Assembly: GCA_030390025.1 (NCBI GenBank)
Contig: CM059431.1
Coordinates: forward strand, 113,090,001-113,154,000
Direction of reading: 5' to 3'
Length of the DNA stretch: 64,000 bases
Source of the DNA: Squalus acanthias
Taxonomy: Eukaryota
Shown: positions 63,255 through 64,000 of the stretch, one piece after another
How the letters are laid out: each line of letters begins with the position of its first letter
Numbering within the stretch: position 1 is the stretch's first letter
Made by a program: the position numbers and the translations under genes
The notes under the pieces: model-generated
What the model saw: the letters and a program-made list of their open reading frames with translations, nothing else
Databases searched by the model: none
What the model was told of the DNA's origin: nothing

Positions 63255-64000
63255 GAACCTCTTTCAACACATTGTGGGCACAGGGAGGAGAAAAGAGCAT
63301 GTAGAATGTACTTGAGTTTAAGATGAATAAGAGAGGAACATTCAAAGGAGTAATGATCATATTGTTGATAAAATGTGCAAGGAAGATTAAGAAGAAATAG
63401 TTGGAGAGTAAAGGAGTGCTGTACTTCACCAAAAATTCAAAATGACAACAAAAATCTATTAATCATTATACTTCTCCATGCTGTGGCTAATTTGCTTCAA
63501 ACTGCTTCAAAATCTGTCAACAGCAGGAAGGGCTTTTCAATAAACCAGTCATGTATTATGTGAGTTCGAAGTCTCCAGCAGCTTGAAGAGTTAATCCAAT
63601 CCAGAACGGTTGAGATAGCAAAGGCCTTTCGTGGCAATTTGGTAGGTTAGTACATCAACCTTCCTTCTCCTGTGAGGTGCCAAGAGGCATTGGGAAGGAG
63701 GTGCACCAGACACAACACTGACTAAAGATTTTCTCCTGATCTACAAGTCTGCAGTATTGTTGATGGTGACTACAGAACTCATAAAGCACATACATAAATC
63801 TGTAGAACCAGATGACCCAGTGCAGCCAGCCATTCTGCAGACTTCAGTGCAGTGGGGCTGGATTCAACCAGTAATAATCTTATCAATGATGACCACACGT
63901 CAAGCAGAAAAAAATCAAGATGAGCTCCTGGACACTTCTGTATGATTGATTTATACAGGTCTGAGCAAAACAGAAGTTTCAGTGTCGACTGTTAATCGTG

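Overview
Repeat-rich vertebrate DNA, most likely a cartilaginous fish (shark-type CR1/L2 LINEs, tRNA-derived Deu-type SINEs, Penelope-like elements and Harbinger MITEs); the species cannot be determined from the sequence. The only host gene I can support is the 5' half of a SLAIN-family microtubule plus-end protein, most similar to SLAIN1, on the + strand. Its coding exons are 8315-8730, 27888-28027 and 60440-60589, with compatible GT-AG phases; the rest of the gene lies beyond the window. The flanks and the two long introns hold layered transposon debris: a near full-length decayed CR1 (ORF1 + ORF2), many CR1/L2/RTE fragments, a Gypsy relic, two decayed HARBI1-like transposases, and MITEs of Harbinger, Tc1/mariner-pogo and hAT type. 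The most striking structure is a set of ~180-215 bp fold-back Penelope-derived mini-insertions, each flanked by an 11-15 bp target-site duplication. One (44716-44930) is a perfect 87-bp inverted repeat carrying an intact minimal hammerhead ribozyme on each strand. A second family carries a different hammerhead and is linked in this window to a Penelope ORF C-terminus. There is a 200-N assembly gap at 9066-9265. All family assignments come from motif recognition by eye, not database searches.
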